A stretch of 64,000 nucleotides of DNA, taken from the NCBI GenBank assembly GCA_964016885.1, contig OZ024741.1:305536001-305600000 (forward strand), read 5' to 3'. This DNA is from Eledone cirrhosa. Lineage: Eukaryota. Positions within the stretch are counted from its first letter, which is position 1, and the number at the start of each line of letters is the position of its first letter. The position numbers and the translations under genes were made by a program. Below, in pieces: positions 12,698 to 25,609 of this stretch. The notes under the pieces were generated by a model, which saw only the letters and a list, made by a program, of their open reading frames with translations, ran no database searches and had not been told where the DNA came from.

Positions 12698-13349
12698 AAA
12701 ATTCACAATAATAATGATGGTTAGGCTACAATAATAACAATTTCTTATATAAAGACACAATTATGATGGTTTCTTACATTAGGCTACAATAATAATAATT
12801 TCAACTTTAAGTGCAAGACTTCATCATACATTTATTGAAAGATTGTCGTGTTCTTCAGCGTGGCAGGTTATTTCCTGATGCTCCAGTTCACTCAACTGGC
12901 AAAGTATGAGAAAGAAATGGGATAGGCGAAAAGGGAAAGCTAGCCTACCTGATGGCCGCCTCACTGGAGGAAAGAAGGGGGGACATGGTCATTGTGACAA
13001 AAATTACAGTAAAAAAAGTTAGGACAAAATAGTGAGAAGTTAGAACATTGAAATAATAATATAAAAACAAAAACATGTAAATAGAAATGTTAAAAACACG
13101 ATATGGATTAATACAGAAAGATGAAAGATAAAGAAGACTAAAGAAAATCATCTTATCTGCTTTGGTTCCACCATGCCAAATGTTGAGAAAGAGACAGGAG
13201 AGGCAAAAAGGGGAATAATTCAACTCTGTGTCACGTTGCAGTATGAGTACACATGTTTGTTGAATGCTCAGATGATTGCACATTCATTTTATGAGTTTCA
13301 CTATCATCTAATTTTAATTAACCTGTTCATTAACATCATCCCCATCGTC

Positions 13350-13720
13350 ATCATCACCGTTTAATGTCCATTTTTCCACGCTCGCATGGGATAGACAGGT
13401 TATCCTGTTTGAGGAAAGTTGGGTCAGGTGCCCATGTCTTTCTCAAATAGAGCTGTTTCTGGCTTGGTTTGTACAGCTGAATGCCCTTCCTAACAGCAAC
13501 TTCATTTACAGTAAGTACTGGGTGATTTTTTTGTGACACCTGCATGACCACATTTACAGTGTGTGCTGGGTACTATTTGTTGTGACTCCTACACGACCAC
13601 TTTACAGTGTGGGCTGGGTACTTTTTGTTGTGACACCTACAAGACCACTTTACAGTGTGAGCTGACTGCTTTTTGTTGTGACACCTACAAGACCACTTTA
13701 CAGTGTGGGCTGGGTGCTTT
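13350..13720 (-). mobile_element. RTE 3'-UTR-derived repeat with internal ~39-bp tandem (ACCACTTTACAGTGTGGGCTGGGT...)
   Basis: Shares CATGCGAGCGTGGAAAAATGGAC-TTAAACG-(GAT)n with the RTE 3' end near 17745-17800. Related copies at about 3800-4070, 6220-6475 and 18040-18445. Confidence 0.6.
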
Positions 13721-13819
13721 TCTTATAAAATATATGTCTATGATATACAAATCATTTTTTTTTTAAATCAAGGATTTGGTGAGATTTAATAATATAACTA
13801 ACTTTCTCATTATTTATCT

Positions 13820-14042
13820 GGTGGATTGGCAGAATTGGCAGAGCGTCAGACAGCATGTTTCACAGCATACAGTTCTGAGTTCTGAGTTCTGAATTCAAAT
13901 CCACCCAAGGTCAACTTCGTCTTTTATCCTAACAGGAGTTGATAAAATAAAGTACGAGTAATACACTGAGTTTGATTTAAATGACTTTCCCCTCCCCACC
14001 CCAAAAATTGTTGGTCTTGTGCCTAAATCAGGAACCATTATT
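13820..14042 (+). mobile_element. tRNA-derived SINE (family A)
   Basis: TGGCAGAATTGG A-box, ATTCAAATCC B-box, tail GGTCTTGTGCCTAAATCAGGAACCATT. Confidence 0.75.
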
Positions 14043-14139
14043 TATGAGGTGTTTGGAACTTGGCTTCACAAAGGTTCTTACATTATATTATGATGGAAAG
14101 TTTTTAAATAAATATAAACATAAATACAATTAATTATTG

Positions 14140-14410
14140 TGAGGAACCTCACAAATATAATACACAAAAACATATGATCAAAGCAAAAGAAAAGGAAAGC
14201 AAAAAACACAAAAAAAAACACAAAAACTACCATCAATTCACCACCGAGTACGACAATCGGCCACACACCACACCACAAGCGTCAACGGAAAATTTTGAGG
14301 CAAGCTAACACGCTTGCAGCATTACCATGGGTGATGGCAATGCTAAGGCACAGAAACAACCAGGCACCCTCACGAGCATCACCTGACACCTCGGTAAGGC
14401 AAGCTGCCAA
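14140..14410 (-). mobile_element. CRE-clade LINE 3' end
   Basis: Reverse homology to 61603-61960 (LAITxGNAASVLA and the 3'-UTR hairpin TTGTGAGGTTCCTCACAA). Confidence 0.7.
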
Positions 14411-14689
14411 CAGTTTTGTAATAAAGATTCAGTTGTGGTTTTAGACAGTTTGATATCAAAATGGTTAAGTTATATTTTTTAATTTTTAGATAACTTCCAT
14501 AGATAAATCATTAACTTAGTTATGGTTTTTCATGTAGAATAACAGACAGTAATAATTCTTGATTATAGAGATGGAAGGAATATTTATTTTAACTATCATT
14601 TTATTTAATTTTTGTAATGTTAAATATTCTAACACTTGTCAACAGCAAATAGATGTAATTAATTTTAATGTTATACTAGACCAGATCAG

Positions 14690-15185
14690 ACAGGACCACA
14701 TCAAACCACACCATACCACACCATACCTACCACACTAGATCATACCATACTGCACCACACCACACTACACTACACCACACTACACCACACTAGACCATAC
14801 CATATCATACCACACCACACTACACCACACTACACCATACTATACTAGATCATATCATACTACACTACACAAGATCATACCACAAAACACCACACCACAC
14901 TGTACCATACAACACCACACTAGACGAGACTACACCACTCTACACACCACACCAGACCAGGCCACACTATACCACACCTCACTAGACTACAAAACCCACT
15001 ATACCAGACCACATCAGACCATACCATACACCAACTGACACTACACCTCACCATACTATTCCACATCACACCACTCCATGCCACACTACATCAGACCTCA
15101 CCACGCAACACATAAATATTACACTACACTACACCACACCATTCCATACCACACCATACCACACAATACCAGACACTCTACACAA
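14690..15185. repeat. Degenerate pentanucleotide (ACACC/ACACT/ATACC)n
   Basis: Direct reading. Confidence 0.85.
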
Positions 15186-15772
15186 CACCAAATACATAAT
15201 AAAAATCCATTAGAAAGTCTTAGAAAAAAAGAGAATAGAAAAAAATTCTCATTTTTATAGTCATGTAAAATATATTTAGTCAAGTTGAATATATTTTGGA
15301 TACTACACCCTACATCTCTCTCTCTATCTCTTGCTCACACACATCCTACCACACAGCCATATTCACACATATCCATACACACACTTATCATTCCACATAC
15401 ACTCCACCCCACACTTTTACACACATAACTGAAAGAGATTTTAAAAACTTTTTCTGACCATATTTCTAATAAAAGACATTACCTATGGTTTTCAAATATT
15501 TTGAAAATAATCAAGGATTTGCAATGTTTTAGTGAAGAAAGTAACTTTTTTCAGTATTAAGCTGATGTTTTGAAAATAAATTAAGAAAAGTTCTGATATA
15601 AAATTATGATGGAAGATTTTTAGATAAATATAAACATAAAAATAGACGGATTTAAAAAAAATAATCATAGAACAAAGAAAAGACTAGTTTAGGAAGTTTG
15701 GAATCAAAAAGGTCATGACATTTTGATATTAAAATATTAAAATTTTACAATTTTACTTGAGATATGGACACA

Positions 15773-15917
15773 GGTATGGCTATGTAGATAAAGAATTTAC
15801 TTTGAAACTACATAGTTCTGGGTGTAGTCCTACTGGGCAAGCCTTGGGCAAGTGCCTTCTACTATAGTCTTAGGCTGACAAAATGCCTTATGGGTGGAAT
15901 TTAGTAGATGGTAACTG
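15773..15917 (+). mobile_element. tRNA-derived SINE (family C)
   Basis: CCTTGGGCAAGTGCCTTCTACTATAG core; related copies at about 19160-19280, 21055-21180 and 61430-61590 (-). Confidence 0.6.
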
Positions 15918-16117
15918 TCTCAGGAAAGAAACGTTGGACAGATTTTACAGGCAAAACCAGCCGGCATGAGACCGAGGGATAGACCCTGAGCAAGATGGTT
16001 GGATAACATCTATGAGCTTGGCTGATATTGTTTAGGGATCTAATTGGATCAATTGGAGACAGGACCTGCTGGAAGAGTGTTTCAGGACTCTTCCCCCATG
16101 ACCCTCTCAAGAAGAAG

Positions 16118-16147
<30 letters not shown>
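15918..16147 (+). mobile_element. RTE LINE 3' end with (GAA)n tail
   Basis: Homologous to 4589-4860 and 57950-58160. Confidence 0.7.
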
Positions 16148-16149
<2 letters not shown>

Positions 16150-16261
16150 GTAGTAATAGTAACTTCAGAAGCTCATAATATAATTGGAGCAGGTTGGTTG
16201 TTGTTTTAATGGGGTGGGGGGTGAGGTATGGTTTTGAAGGACATGAATTTAATTGATGTGT

Positions 16262-16765
16262 GTGCTGGGTGGCCTGGATCTTTGAAAGGGCAATCAGGAG
16301 TGATAATACCAATTTTCAAAAAGGGAGACAAGAGAGATTGTTCTAATTACCAAGGGATCCCCTTGTTAAACCTCCCCGGTAAAGTCTGCGCTAAGTGTCT
16401 GGTAAAGAGATGCAGGGAGATTTCAAGTCCAAGCTAGCTGATGAACAGTGTGGTTTTCGCCACAGACGCAGCACAGCCATCCAAATATTCACATTGCAGC
16501 AGGTATTCGAGAAATCATAGGAGTATTGCCAAGAAGTATATTTTTGTTTTGTTGACTTTGAGAAGGCATATGACCAAGTCCCTTGGGACCTGCTGTGGAA
16601 GGCTGTGCAGGAGTATGGGATTGATGGTCAGCTTCTTGCTGCCCTGATATCTCTATATGTTTCTATATTTGTGTTCGGATAAATGGTGCTAAATCGACAT
16701 CATTCAATGTGGGAGTTGAACTCCACCAAGGGTGCATACTACCACCTCTCCTGTTCATTATTGAC
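16262..16765 (+). pseudogene. RTE LINE reverse transcriptase fragment
   Basis: IIPIFKKGDKRDCSNYQGI...EQCGFR...FVDFEKAYDQV...LHQGCILPPLLF, with stops and frameshifts. Confidence 0.85.
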
Positions 16766-16974
16766 ATGTGCAGCAGGTCATTATTCGAGAACCAAGAGTA
16801 CATATTTTAATACAGAGTTTCATTTTTGCCAAAAATTAACTAAATGAGAAAATAACCCACCCCAACAAAAAAAAAACCACTTACCCCATCAACCTGACTA
16901 GACATAGTACTAACTTAAATGACTGCTGTGAATTATTTTTAACATGATTTCCACTTCTTTAGTAATATGTATTC

Positions 16975-17800
16975 TTTGCTGTATGATGCCTGCATACGAA
17001 CAGCAATGTTGCATGGCAGTGAGACCTGGGCATTGTGTGCAGAGGATATACGCAGACTAGAGAGGAACGAAGCTTGCATGTTCCGCTGGATGTGTAATAG
17101 TAATATACATGAACGCCAAAGCATTAATGAACTAAGGGAAAAATTAGAAATAAGAGGGATCAGATGTTGTTTACTCGAGAGAAGGCTACGTTGGTATGGT
17201 CACGTGATGCGCATGAAAGACGACAGCTGTATAAAAAAGTGCAGGGCAATAAAAATAGATGGTAGCCACGGAGTAGGCAGACCCAGAAAAACCTGGGACG
17301 ACTTGATAAATTCCGACCTCACACACTTACACCTCTCCAAGACAATGTCACTGGACCGAGATCTTTGGCGGTACTCAGTAATAGAGAAGACCCGCCTTAC
17401 CTAAATACGAAGTAAAACGTACTACAGTCAGTAGGCACCTCTAACAAAATACACCCCCGTCCCAATACCCCCACCCCATCCACACCGCCCCTTTCAATGT
17501 AAAGTTATGTTGATACCACAACATCCAAGCCGAAACAAATGAGGTCGTGTAGGTGTCACGACAAAAAAAACACACAGTCCACGCTGTAATGTGGCCGTGT
17601 AGGTAACACGGTAAAAACCTCCCAGTTCCACACTGTAAACGTGGTTGGTGTTAGGAAGGGCATCCAGCCGTAGAAAACCCGCCAGACAGTCCTATGCGAG
17701 CAAGACAACCACTCTTGCCTCAAGTAGGAAAACTCCCGTCCAAACCCATGCGAGCGTGGAATATGGACGTTAAACGATGATGATGATGATGATGATGATG
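16975..17800 (+). mobile_element. RTE LINE 3' coding end, 3' UTR and (GAT)n tail
   Basis: MLHGSETWAL...RRLRWYGHVMRM...GRPRKTW (ORF 16967-17404). Confidence 0.85.
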
Positions 17801-18559
17801 CTATACACACACAAATCATAGGCAAAAGACTGGGTTAAAATCACACACAGAACTTTCTGTACAACTACTAATTTCCATTGTATTCATTAAGCATCAATAC
17901 AATAGGAACCTATTTCATGCTACCATACTACTTGAATAATGAAAATAGTTTCTACTATGTAGCATTATTTTGTTTGATTGGCATATGAATAAACACCACC
18001 CCACTTCTAGAAGCACATAGAGTAATGTCATCATCATCATCATCAACAACAACAACAACACCATCGTTATTATTTTACATCCACCTCCCATGCTGTCATT
18101 AGTTGAATGGGTTGTAAGTCTGAAACTAAATAGATTAGAAAGATCTCATCTTGCTCATATGTTCCATATTATGGCTTGGTTTCAAGGACTAGACGCCCTT
18201 TCTAATACCATTCTCTTTACAGAGTGTACTAGGTACATTTTATCATGGCACCATAATTACCATTTTACAGCGTGTACTAGGTGCATTTTATCTTGGCATA
18301 AGCATTACCACTTTACAGCAGGCACTGAGTGTATTTTATTGTGGCACTTGTGTTATCACTTTATAGAGTGGACTGGGTTTATTCTATCATGGCACCACCA
18401 TTACCATTTACAGAATTCACTGTGTACATTTTATCATGGCACTAGAAAGGAATTTAATTCACTCACATATGTCATAATTTCTTTGTTAAAATTATAGACA
18501 AATACACACAAACAGAAAATATTTTAGCCCCCAACAACTTTTGATCTTCTACAAAGTCC

Positions 18560-18885
18560 AGGAAAAACTCACAATGGAGTAATGCTACTGCATATACAAA
18601 TATCTTTGGTTACATTCAGAAAAAAGTCACTTGTCTGACAGACATGCTCCAGCCTCTAATCCACAAAAGTTCTGTCACTTCTCTGCCTTTTTGTTGTTAC
18701 CACAATGACCTCTGCTCCTTGGAAATAGTTGATCTTGTACCACCTTCACTCAGGCACTTCTGCCTCACTTGTCTCTCCTCCTCTCATCACCCATGTAGTA
18801 TTCAAGCCTCCACCCTTACCCCCAGGCACCACACTAATCACTACACCCAATCGTTCTTCTCCAGAACATAGGCTGTCTGGAATTC
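18560..18885 (+). pseudogene. Jockey/CR1-group LINE C-terminal remnant
   Basis: LQPLIH..SVTSL...YHNDLCSLEIVDLVPP...HYTQSFFSRT..WN resembles the C-terminus of Jockey/CR1-group ORF2. Confidence 0.5.
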
Positions 18886-19439
18886 AGTTAATTCAGTCAT
18901 TGCATGTTTTACTGGTTTATAAGATGAGACTGTTGTGAGATGACTCTACTTTCTATTGATGTTTTGAATACATTTGCTTCTTGCCAATCCCTAACTCTTA
19001 ACTCCCTGTAATGCTTTAGCAGAAAAAGGTTTATTAATTCAAAAGGTTATAGTAACTTTAATAATGGACAGATTGTTGTGAGAATTTGCAGTATTAGTGC
19101 AAAGACTTAAATGTTTATTGTAATGTAGTCATTGTGCTGTTTGTAATTTCAAGAATGCTCATGTGGTTTGGGATTTGATCCTACATACATCAATTTAAGA
19201 AAGTGTCTTCTACTATAGCCCCTGTCAATCAAAACCTTGTGAATGAAATTTGAAAGACAGAAACTGTGTGGAAACATGTTAAAGGAATCATATTGTTGTT
19301 GGCTGTTAGATTGATGAGAGTAAGGGGAAGCTACATTCAGATAAGTAACTTTAAAATGCTGCTCAGTTTAATACCCACATCTGATCTTCGGGTGCTTTAA
19401 AGTGACAGAAACTTTGAATGTTTGCTCAGTTTAACACCA

Positions 19440-19740
19440 TCACCTTTTATTTGAGTGCCTTTAGAAGGTTGGAAACTTTGAACCTTTGTTCAGTTTAACA
19501 ACATCACCAGATCATTGAGGACAATTAGAGAGTCGGAAACATTTTCATTGTCATACTCTGTAATTTTGCTGTCTGACAGGAAGTTTCGAAAGTAAGAACT
19601 GAGTGACAGATGGAAACTATAGATGAGCAATCTTAGCTTGAAGGTTCTCATGCCAGACATAGTTGAAAGCTTTGCTAATGTCATGTACAACAATATTATT
19701 TTTCTGACATTGAAGGACAAACTCTCTAATAGATAGAGCT
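19440..19740 (-). pseudogene. Jockey/CR1-group RT fragment
   Basis: Minus strand DISKAFNYVWH...FLSDSKI (degenerate LDISKAFDRVWH motif). Confidence 0.55.
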
Positions 19741-20006
19741 AGACACAGAGTAATGAAGATGATGATTGTTAATAGCTGTATCCATCACACTTGGAGTGTT
19801 AGAAGTGAAAGCAATAAGGTCAGAAAGGGTGCATATAGTGGAGTATACTCTATAGTGTCATTAGATATTCTAACTAGAGAGAATAATGAGATTTTTTAAA
19901 GAATTCTTGATCAAGCAGATTGTCTACTATTGCATTTGAGATATGCAGATAGTGTAGTCTATATGAGTTTATGATAAGTGAATACAGTGTACTTTAGGAT
20001 TATGAA

Positions 20007-20275
20007 GGCACATGGCTTAGTGGTTAGGGTGTCTGGCTCACAATCCTAAGGTCATAAATTCAATTCCCAGTGACACATTGTTATTTACATTGCTCCTGTA
20101 TTTCAAAGGGCCAGCCTTGTCACACACTGTATCATGCTGAACCTTTCTAAGAACTATATTAAGGTCACGCATATCTGTGGAATGCTCAGCCACTGGCACA
20201 GTAATTTTACGTACAAGCAGATTATACTGTTGATCAAATAACTAGAATACTTCTCAGAACCAATGGAGATCCTCC
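20007..20275 (+). mobile_element. tRNA-derived SINE (family B)
   Basis: TGGCTTAGTGGTTAGGGTG A-box and ATTCAATTCCC B-box; homologous to 53445-53760. Confidence 0.7.
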
Positions 20276-21609
20276 CTCACCACATACACACATCATACTT
20301 TGTGATTAGAAAATGGTACTTTGGAAAAGATGTGGGTGCAAATATATAAGACATTAGACTTAGTTCTTTTGCTTCATTACCACCTTGACTAGACATGTGA
20401 TAAATTGGGCATGTAAAAGGAGACAAACAACATGTGCATATTGTGATGAAGTAAAAAAAAATCTCGTTAGAAGTGACTCCCACCAATCTTAGTCAGTAAT
20501 TACAATCTCCCATTACAGAAACATGAAAAGCGTTCATTAGTAAGCGCCTATTAAATACCGCTACATGCTAATTAACACTGGTGAGATCCTGATATAGCAA
20601 GATGTTGCTGTCTAAACCTCCTGTTAGTAACTTAGTTTATACAACCAAGGGTAGAATTAACTCTTAACATCCTGTGATGATTTAACAGAAAATATCTAAA
20701 AACAAGTAGTTAATTAATTTAAAGTATCGTTAATAGTAGGAAGAGTTTCCGAACACACAGTCCATTCTATTAAGATAAGATAACATGGCCATGCAGTTAA
20801 CTCTTAAAATCCTGTAATAATTTAGCAGAAAATATCTAAAAACAGGTTTGTTAATTCAAATGTTTATAGTATATTTACAAGTAGACAGATCGTTGTAAAA
20901 AATTGCAGTATTAGTCTAAAAACTCTAATTTTTAATGTAATGCAGTCACTTTTACTAAATGTCGCATATGCAAGGTTGTTAATTAACTTCTAATTTTGTA
21001 ATGATTTAGCAGAACATATCTAAAACCAGGTCTGTTAATTCAAACATTTATAGTATAGCCAAATGGTTAAGAAATTCAATAAAAAACCATTAGGTTTAAG
21101 TTCAATTAATCTGTGTGGCATCTTGTGCAGGTGTCATTCGAAATAGTTTCAGGCTGATCCATGTCTTGTGAATGAAGACAGACGTTATCAAGCTGCAGCT
21201 GTAATATTACGTAGTTTCTGTATAATAAAACTATTATCTGCAGCGGCTACAACCACATTATGTATCTCAACCATAAACACCCCAAAACTACCAAGAGAAA
21301 ATAAGCCATAAAACCTACGGCGTGATGCCGTACAATGAGAAGCTTGCATCAGAAAAAACATCCCATACAACACAAGAAAAACCCAAACGAAATGGTTAAT
21401 TGATGAATATTACACGAATACGATATCCAAAAACAATATAAAATTAAGTACATACTTTAAATCACATTACAAACACACACATGCAAATACACAAATAAGA
21501 TCAAAATAACCAAGAGGAAATTTGCAAAATTACTTTACAAAGATAAAACTCACTGGAAAATTATTCGCACGTCTTGTCTCAACAAAATTGGACAGCAGTG
21601 TGGCAAGCG

Positions 21610-21681
<72 letters not shown>

Positions 21682-21690
<9 letters not shown>

Positions 21691-22234
21691 TTAAAAAATA
21701 ATGAATAAAACAATGAAACAGTTCCTTATATTAAACAAAAAAAGTTCATTATTTAACGATCGTTTCTAGGATATATATGTGTTAGAATTGGCATGCATAT
21801 TCAACAGATCTATGTACAAAATTATACAAAATTATACAAACTATCAAAATTAAATATACATACCAACACATATATATGCCGTCTTCAGAAATATTTCTGA
21901 AGACGGCATATATATGTGTTGGTATGTATATTTAATTTTGATAGTTTGTATAATTTTGTATAATTTTGTACATAGATCTGTTGAATATGCATGCCAATTC
22001 TAACACATATATATCCTAGAAACGATCGTTAAATAATGAACTTTTTTTGTTTAATATAAGGAACTGTTTCATTGTTTTATTCATTATTTTTTTAATATTT
22101 TATCTTGACTCTGTATTCCGTTTATCTTTCACCGAAAGTGATTTTTCATTGCATCTCTTCTTTCCATGATATCCGGATTACATTGAGTTCTTCATACGGA
22201 TTGGACACTACCGTAAACTCTTGGTAGATTTATC

Positions 22235-22238
<4 letters not shown>
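21682..22238 (+). mobile_element. Penelope-like/retrozyme-type fold-back element in (TA)n
   Basis: Near-perfect ~210-bp arms with no spacer (centre 21892/21893), then a ~135-bp unique tail; flanked by (TA)n. Confidence 0.8.
21892..22035 (+). ncRNA. Type I hammerhead ribozyme with a very long stem II
   Basis: Stem I TATTT/AAATA; core CTGAAGA 21897-21903; stem II ATATATATGTGTTGG/CTAACACATATATAT; GAAA 22019-22022; palindromic stem III CGATCG; GUU cleavage predicted after 22030. Confidence 0.7.
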
Positions 22239-22269
<31 letters not shown>

Positions 22270-22499
22270 CTGGACGGAATTTCTCCAGTACAGCCTGCTT
22301 CCATGTAAACTGATGAGGCCTGTTGTATATTAATACATATATATGTATACATGGTCGGGTCGTCGGCGACTAAACCGGCAACCCCACAAAGCTTGCTTGA
22401 TGGGGAGAGTAATTTTGGACACCCTGCGGGATGAAAAACAAAACACGTCAAAGGGCGGAGGAACTCAGGAGAGTCAGAGGCCATCCAATAAAGTTTTGT

Positions 22500-22830
22500 T
22501 TTTGTGGAGCAAGAGACTCCTAGTTTTCATTAAGACATCTATCTATCAGAAGGTTACTCTGATATAAAACCCGAGACTTCGTTTACATCCAATGATGTAG
22601 ACCAGTTCTTCTTTTTGCGTAAATGCACTCGATGTTCAGAGAGTGGGTTTGGCCCCATGCAAAGCCTTCCTTTACTTAAAAAAGCTTCAAGCACAGGCAT
22701 CGCTTGATATGTTACATTTTTTTGTAATGCATGGTATTGCAGGACAAAAAAAACAAAAACAGAAAACAAAACAAAACATGTCCTTGCTTAAGTATCAAGC
22801 GATGGCAGTACTCGGAATCGAGTTTGTAGC
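22500..22830. mobile_element. Unclassified interspersed repeat (uninterrupted homologue of the Gypsy target site)
   Basis: Matches 34491-34623 joined to 38852-39030. Confidence 0.75.
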
Positions 22831-22914
22831 TATTACATGTATGTTTGTATGTATGTATATATGTATGTATATAAGTATGCATGCTAAAGCAGCTGCACAG
22901 AAATATGAAAACTT

Positions 22915-24345
22915 AAGTTACCTTCAATGGTCAACTATCTGGGGAAATCCCAATTGACAATGGGGTAAAGAAAGGTGATATTCCTGCTCTTACGCTTTTA
23001 TCCATCTTCTTTGCTGCCTTGCTCACACATGCTTTCCATGATTGTGACAAAGGCATTCTCTTACGGTTCAGAATTACCGGAAATGTTTTGAACTTAAGAA
23101 GGTTTAATGCCAAAACAAAAACGTTTCAAGCTTTGATCAGAGACCTTCTTTATACCGACAACGCTGACTTCCTAGCACACACAGAAGCTGACATGCAGCA
23201 CATTATGGGCCGTTTCTCATTCTCGTGTACACCATTTGGGTTTACACTCAACTTTAAAAAGACAAAAATAATGTTTATCCCTTCTCCTGGAAAACCATAT
23301 TCTGAACCTAATATCATGGTTGGTGGAACCAGGTTGGAGTAATAGATACATTTGTCTACTTGGTTAGCACACTGTCAAATGATGGCTGCTTGGATGCTGA
23401 AATATATCTGTGTGTCCAGAAGGACTCTGTTGCTTTCAGAAAATTGGAAAAGGGAGTTTGGGCTAATCACAACATTACCAACAATACCAAGGTGTGTGAG
23501 TATAGATCATGTGTTCTGTCTGCTCTTTTATACTTCCCCGAAACCTGGACGCTATTCCGTAAACATATCAAATTGCTTGAGCGTTTTCAGCAGAAATGTC
23601 TAAGGCGCATATTCAACATCTAGTGGCACGACAGAACTCCTGACATCAATGTCCTTGTCAAAGCAGAATGTCCAAGCATTGAGTCTCAAGTAACATTTTC
23701 TTAAATGCGCTGGACAGGACATATCGTCCGCATGAAAGCAGAATCCCAATGCAACTGTTTTACGGTGAGCTCCATCTTGGGAAAAGGCCTCAACACAAAC
23801 CGAAAATGAGGTACAAGGACACCATCAAGAACAACCTCAAAGAGCTTGCATTTGATATAGACAATGGGGAGGAGATAGCAGAGTGGCGAACGCGCATAAA
23901 TGGCAATTGTTGTCACCTAGAATATAAACAACTGAAGCGTCGGCTCCGGAAGGGTGATGCTCACATTCTGGATGAAGACATCAGTAGTTGGACATGTCAA
24001 TTCTGTCAACGTGTACTCCTCCCAAAAGCTGTTTACGTTAATCACCTGAAGTCACATGAAAGAACAACCACCCTCAACACCATTCAACAAAGACCTGGTG
24101 AAACAATGTGTGTGATATGCAACAAAGTGTGTAGAACTAGTTCCGGACTAAAAAGACACGTGGTGGTGCATAAAGATTGTATCCCACAAAATGGCCCCCA
24201 CCAATTCTGTGGAAAGCGCAACTCTCTTGGACCACATGTGTCGCAAACCATGCAGATCTGTAGCTGGTTTACAAAGTCATCTACAAAGTCATGGATTCTG
24301 ATGGGATGGCAATGAAGAATCAATGAAAGACGGTAATCGGTTGTG
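22915..24345 (+). pseudogene. RTE (BovB-like) LINE: RT C-terminal half and C2H2 zinc fingers
   Basis: GVKKGDIPA...IRDLLYTDNADF...LFYGELHLGKRPQHKPKMRYKDTIK; CQFC..H..H and CVIC..H..H, plus a third, frameshifted finger. Confidence 0.85.
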
Positions 24346-24363
24346 AAGACGCTGCAATCCTCG

Positions 24364-24860
24364 TGTATGTATGTACGTATGTATGTATGTATGTATGTAT
24401 GTATGTATGTATGTATGTATGTATGTATGTATGTATGTACGTATGTATGTATGTATGTATGTATGTATATGTTCTTCTGGTTTTATAATTTCACAAATTT
24501 TTACCAATAGAGAGCGAGTCGGTTTCTAACATAGTTACAAGACTCTCTCATTGGAATTTACACATCAACTAGGTAGATATGTATGCATGTCTGCATGCAT
24601 GCATGTGTGTGCAGGTATGGATGTTATTGTATGTGTGGATGTGTATGCTTTGAGTTGTATGTGTTCATGTGCATACGCTTTGTATCTGTACATGTGTATA
24701 GTTATTAGATGCAACATTTTTGGAGTATGTATGTATAAATTTTTACCAATAGAGAAAAAAAGCCGGTTTCTTACATAGACACAAGAATCTTTCATTGGAA
24801 TTTAGACAACATCAACTAGGTAAATATGTATATATGTCTGCATTCGTGTATGTAACACAC
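24364..24860 (-). mobile_element. R4/Dong LINE 3' UTR with (TACA)n tail
   Basis: Homologous to the 3' UTR at 42065-42520 and to 52575-52890. Confidence 0.8.
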
Positions 24861-25111
24861 TTATAAGACGTTTAGATCAAGCGATGCCAGTGCTTGAAAT
24901 TTGTTTAAGTGAAGAACCAATCCCATTCTCTGAACAAGAAATCTGCCATCGAGTCGCAGATTTTAAATCAGTTTTTCTTCTCCTAGAATGATATCCTAAC
25001 AAGGACCAGGGGTCTGTCACCACGAATATTTCCATGTCTTTACACGCGCGCGCGTACATGCATATATATATATACACACATATACATATATATAATATAT
25101 ATATATATATA

Positions 25112-25280
25112 TGAAAAGATTCAGGACCCCGACGGTTAAGCTCTGGCCATTACAACAGCTAGATCCAAACTCAGCCGTCGGGGTCCTGAATCTTTTCATA
25201 TTACCCACTCTACAACCCCAAGTATCGAGTACTCTGGTGCGTTATGGTCCACCTGGTTTTTTACCACACACTATTTGATA
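25112..25280 (+). mobile_element. Fold-back mini-element, 'GACCCCGACGG' family
   Basis: GAAAAGATTCAGGACCCCGACGG / CCGTCGGGGTCCTGAATCTTTTC, plus a tail shared with 6120-6198; in (TA)n. Confidence 0.7.
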
Positions 25281-25332
25281 TTTATATATATATATATAAT
25301 ATCAGTATGAGTTATTAACTCTGCCTTTTATT

Positions 25333-25387
<55 letters not shown>

Positions 25388-25433
25388 TATAGTAATAATA
25401 ATAAATTTGAAGACTGTATATATATATATATAT

Positions 25434-25609
25434 AAGAAAATGCGATTATTTTAAAAAGATGTCCCACACGGGTGAAAGTATTAGGAAAAGAAATTGAAAA
25501 TGCAACTGGAGTCTTTTAAGAATATTTGTTTATTTACTTTACCGGTTTCACAGTTCTTTTCAAAAGTAAAATTTAGACGGAGGGTTTGTGTTTCTGTTGA
25601 GGTTTGTCT

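Noticed and set aside
21682-22103. All long palindromes explained as long-read fold-back artefacts
   Set aside because: Arms carry mismatches, several have spacers, boundaries recur within families and each has a unique tail. An artefact is unlikely, but reads should still be checked for the spacerless cases.
22268-22325. CTGATGAGGCC fragment between TA repeats
   Set aside because: No matching GAAA or stem III on the same strand; too short to call
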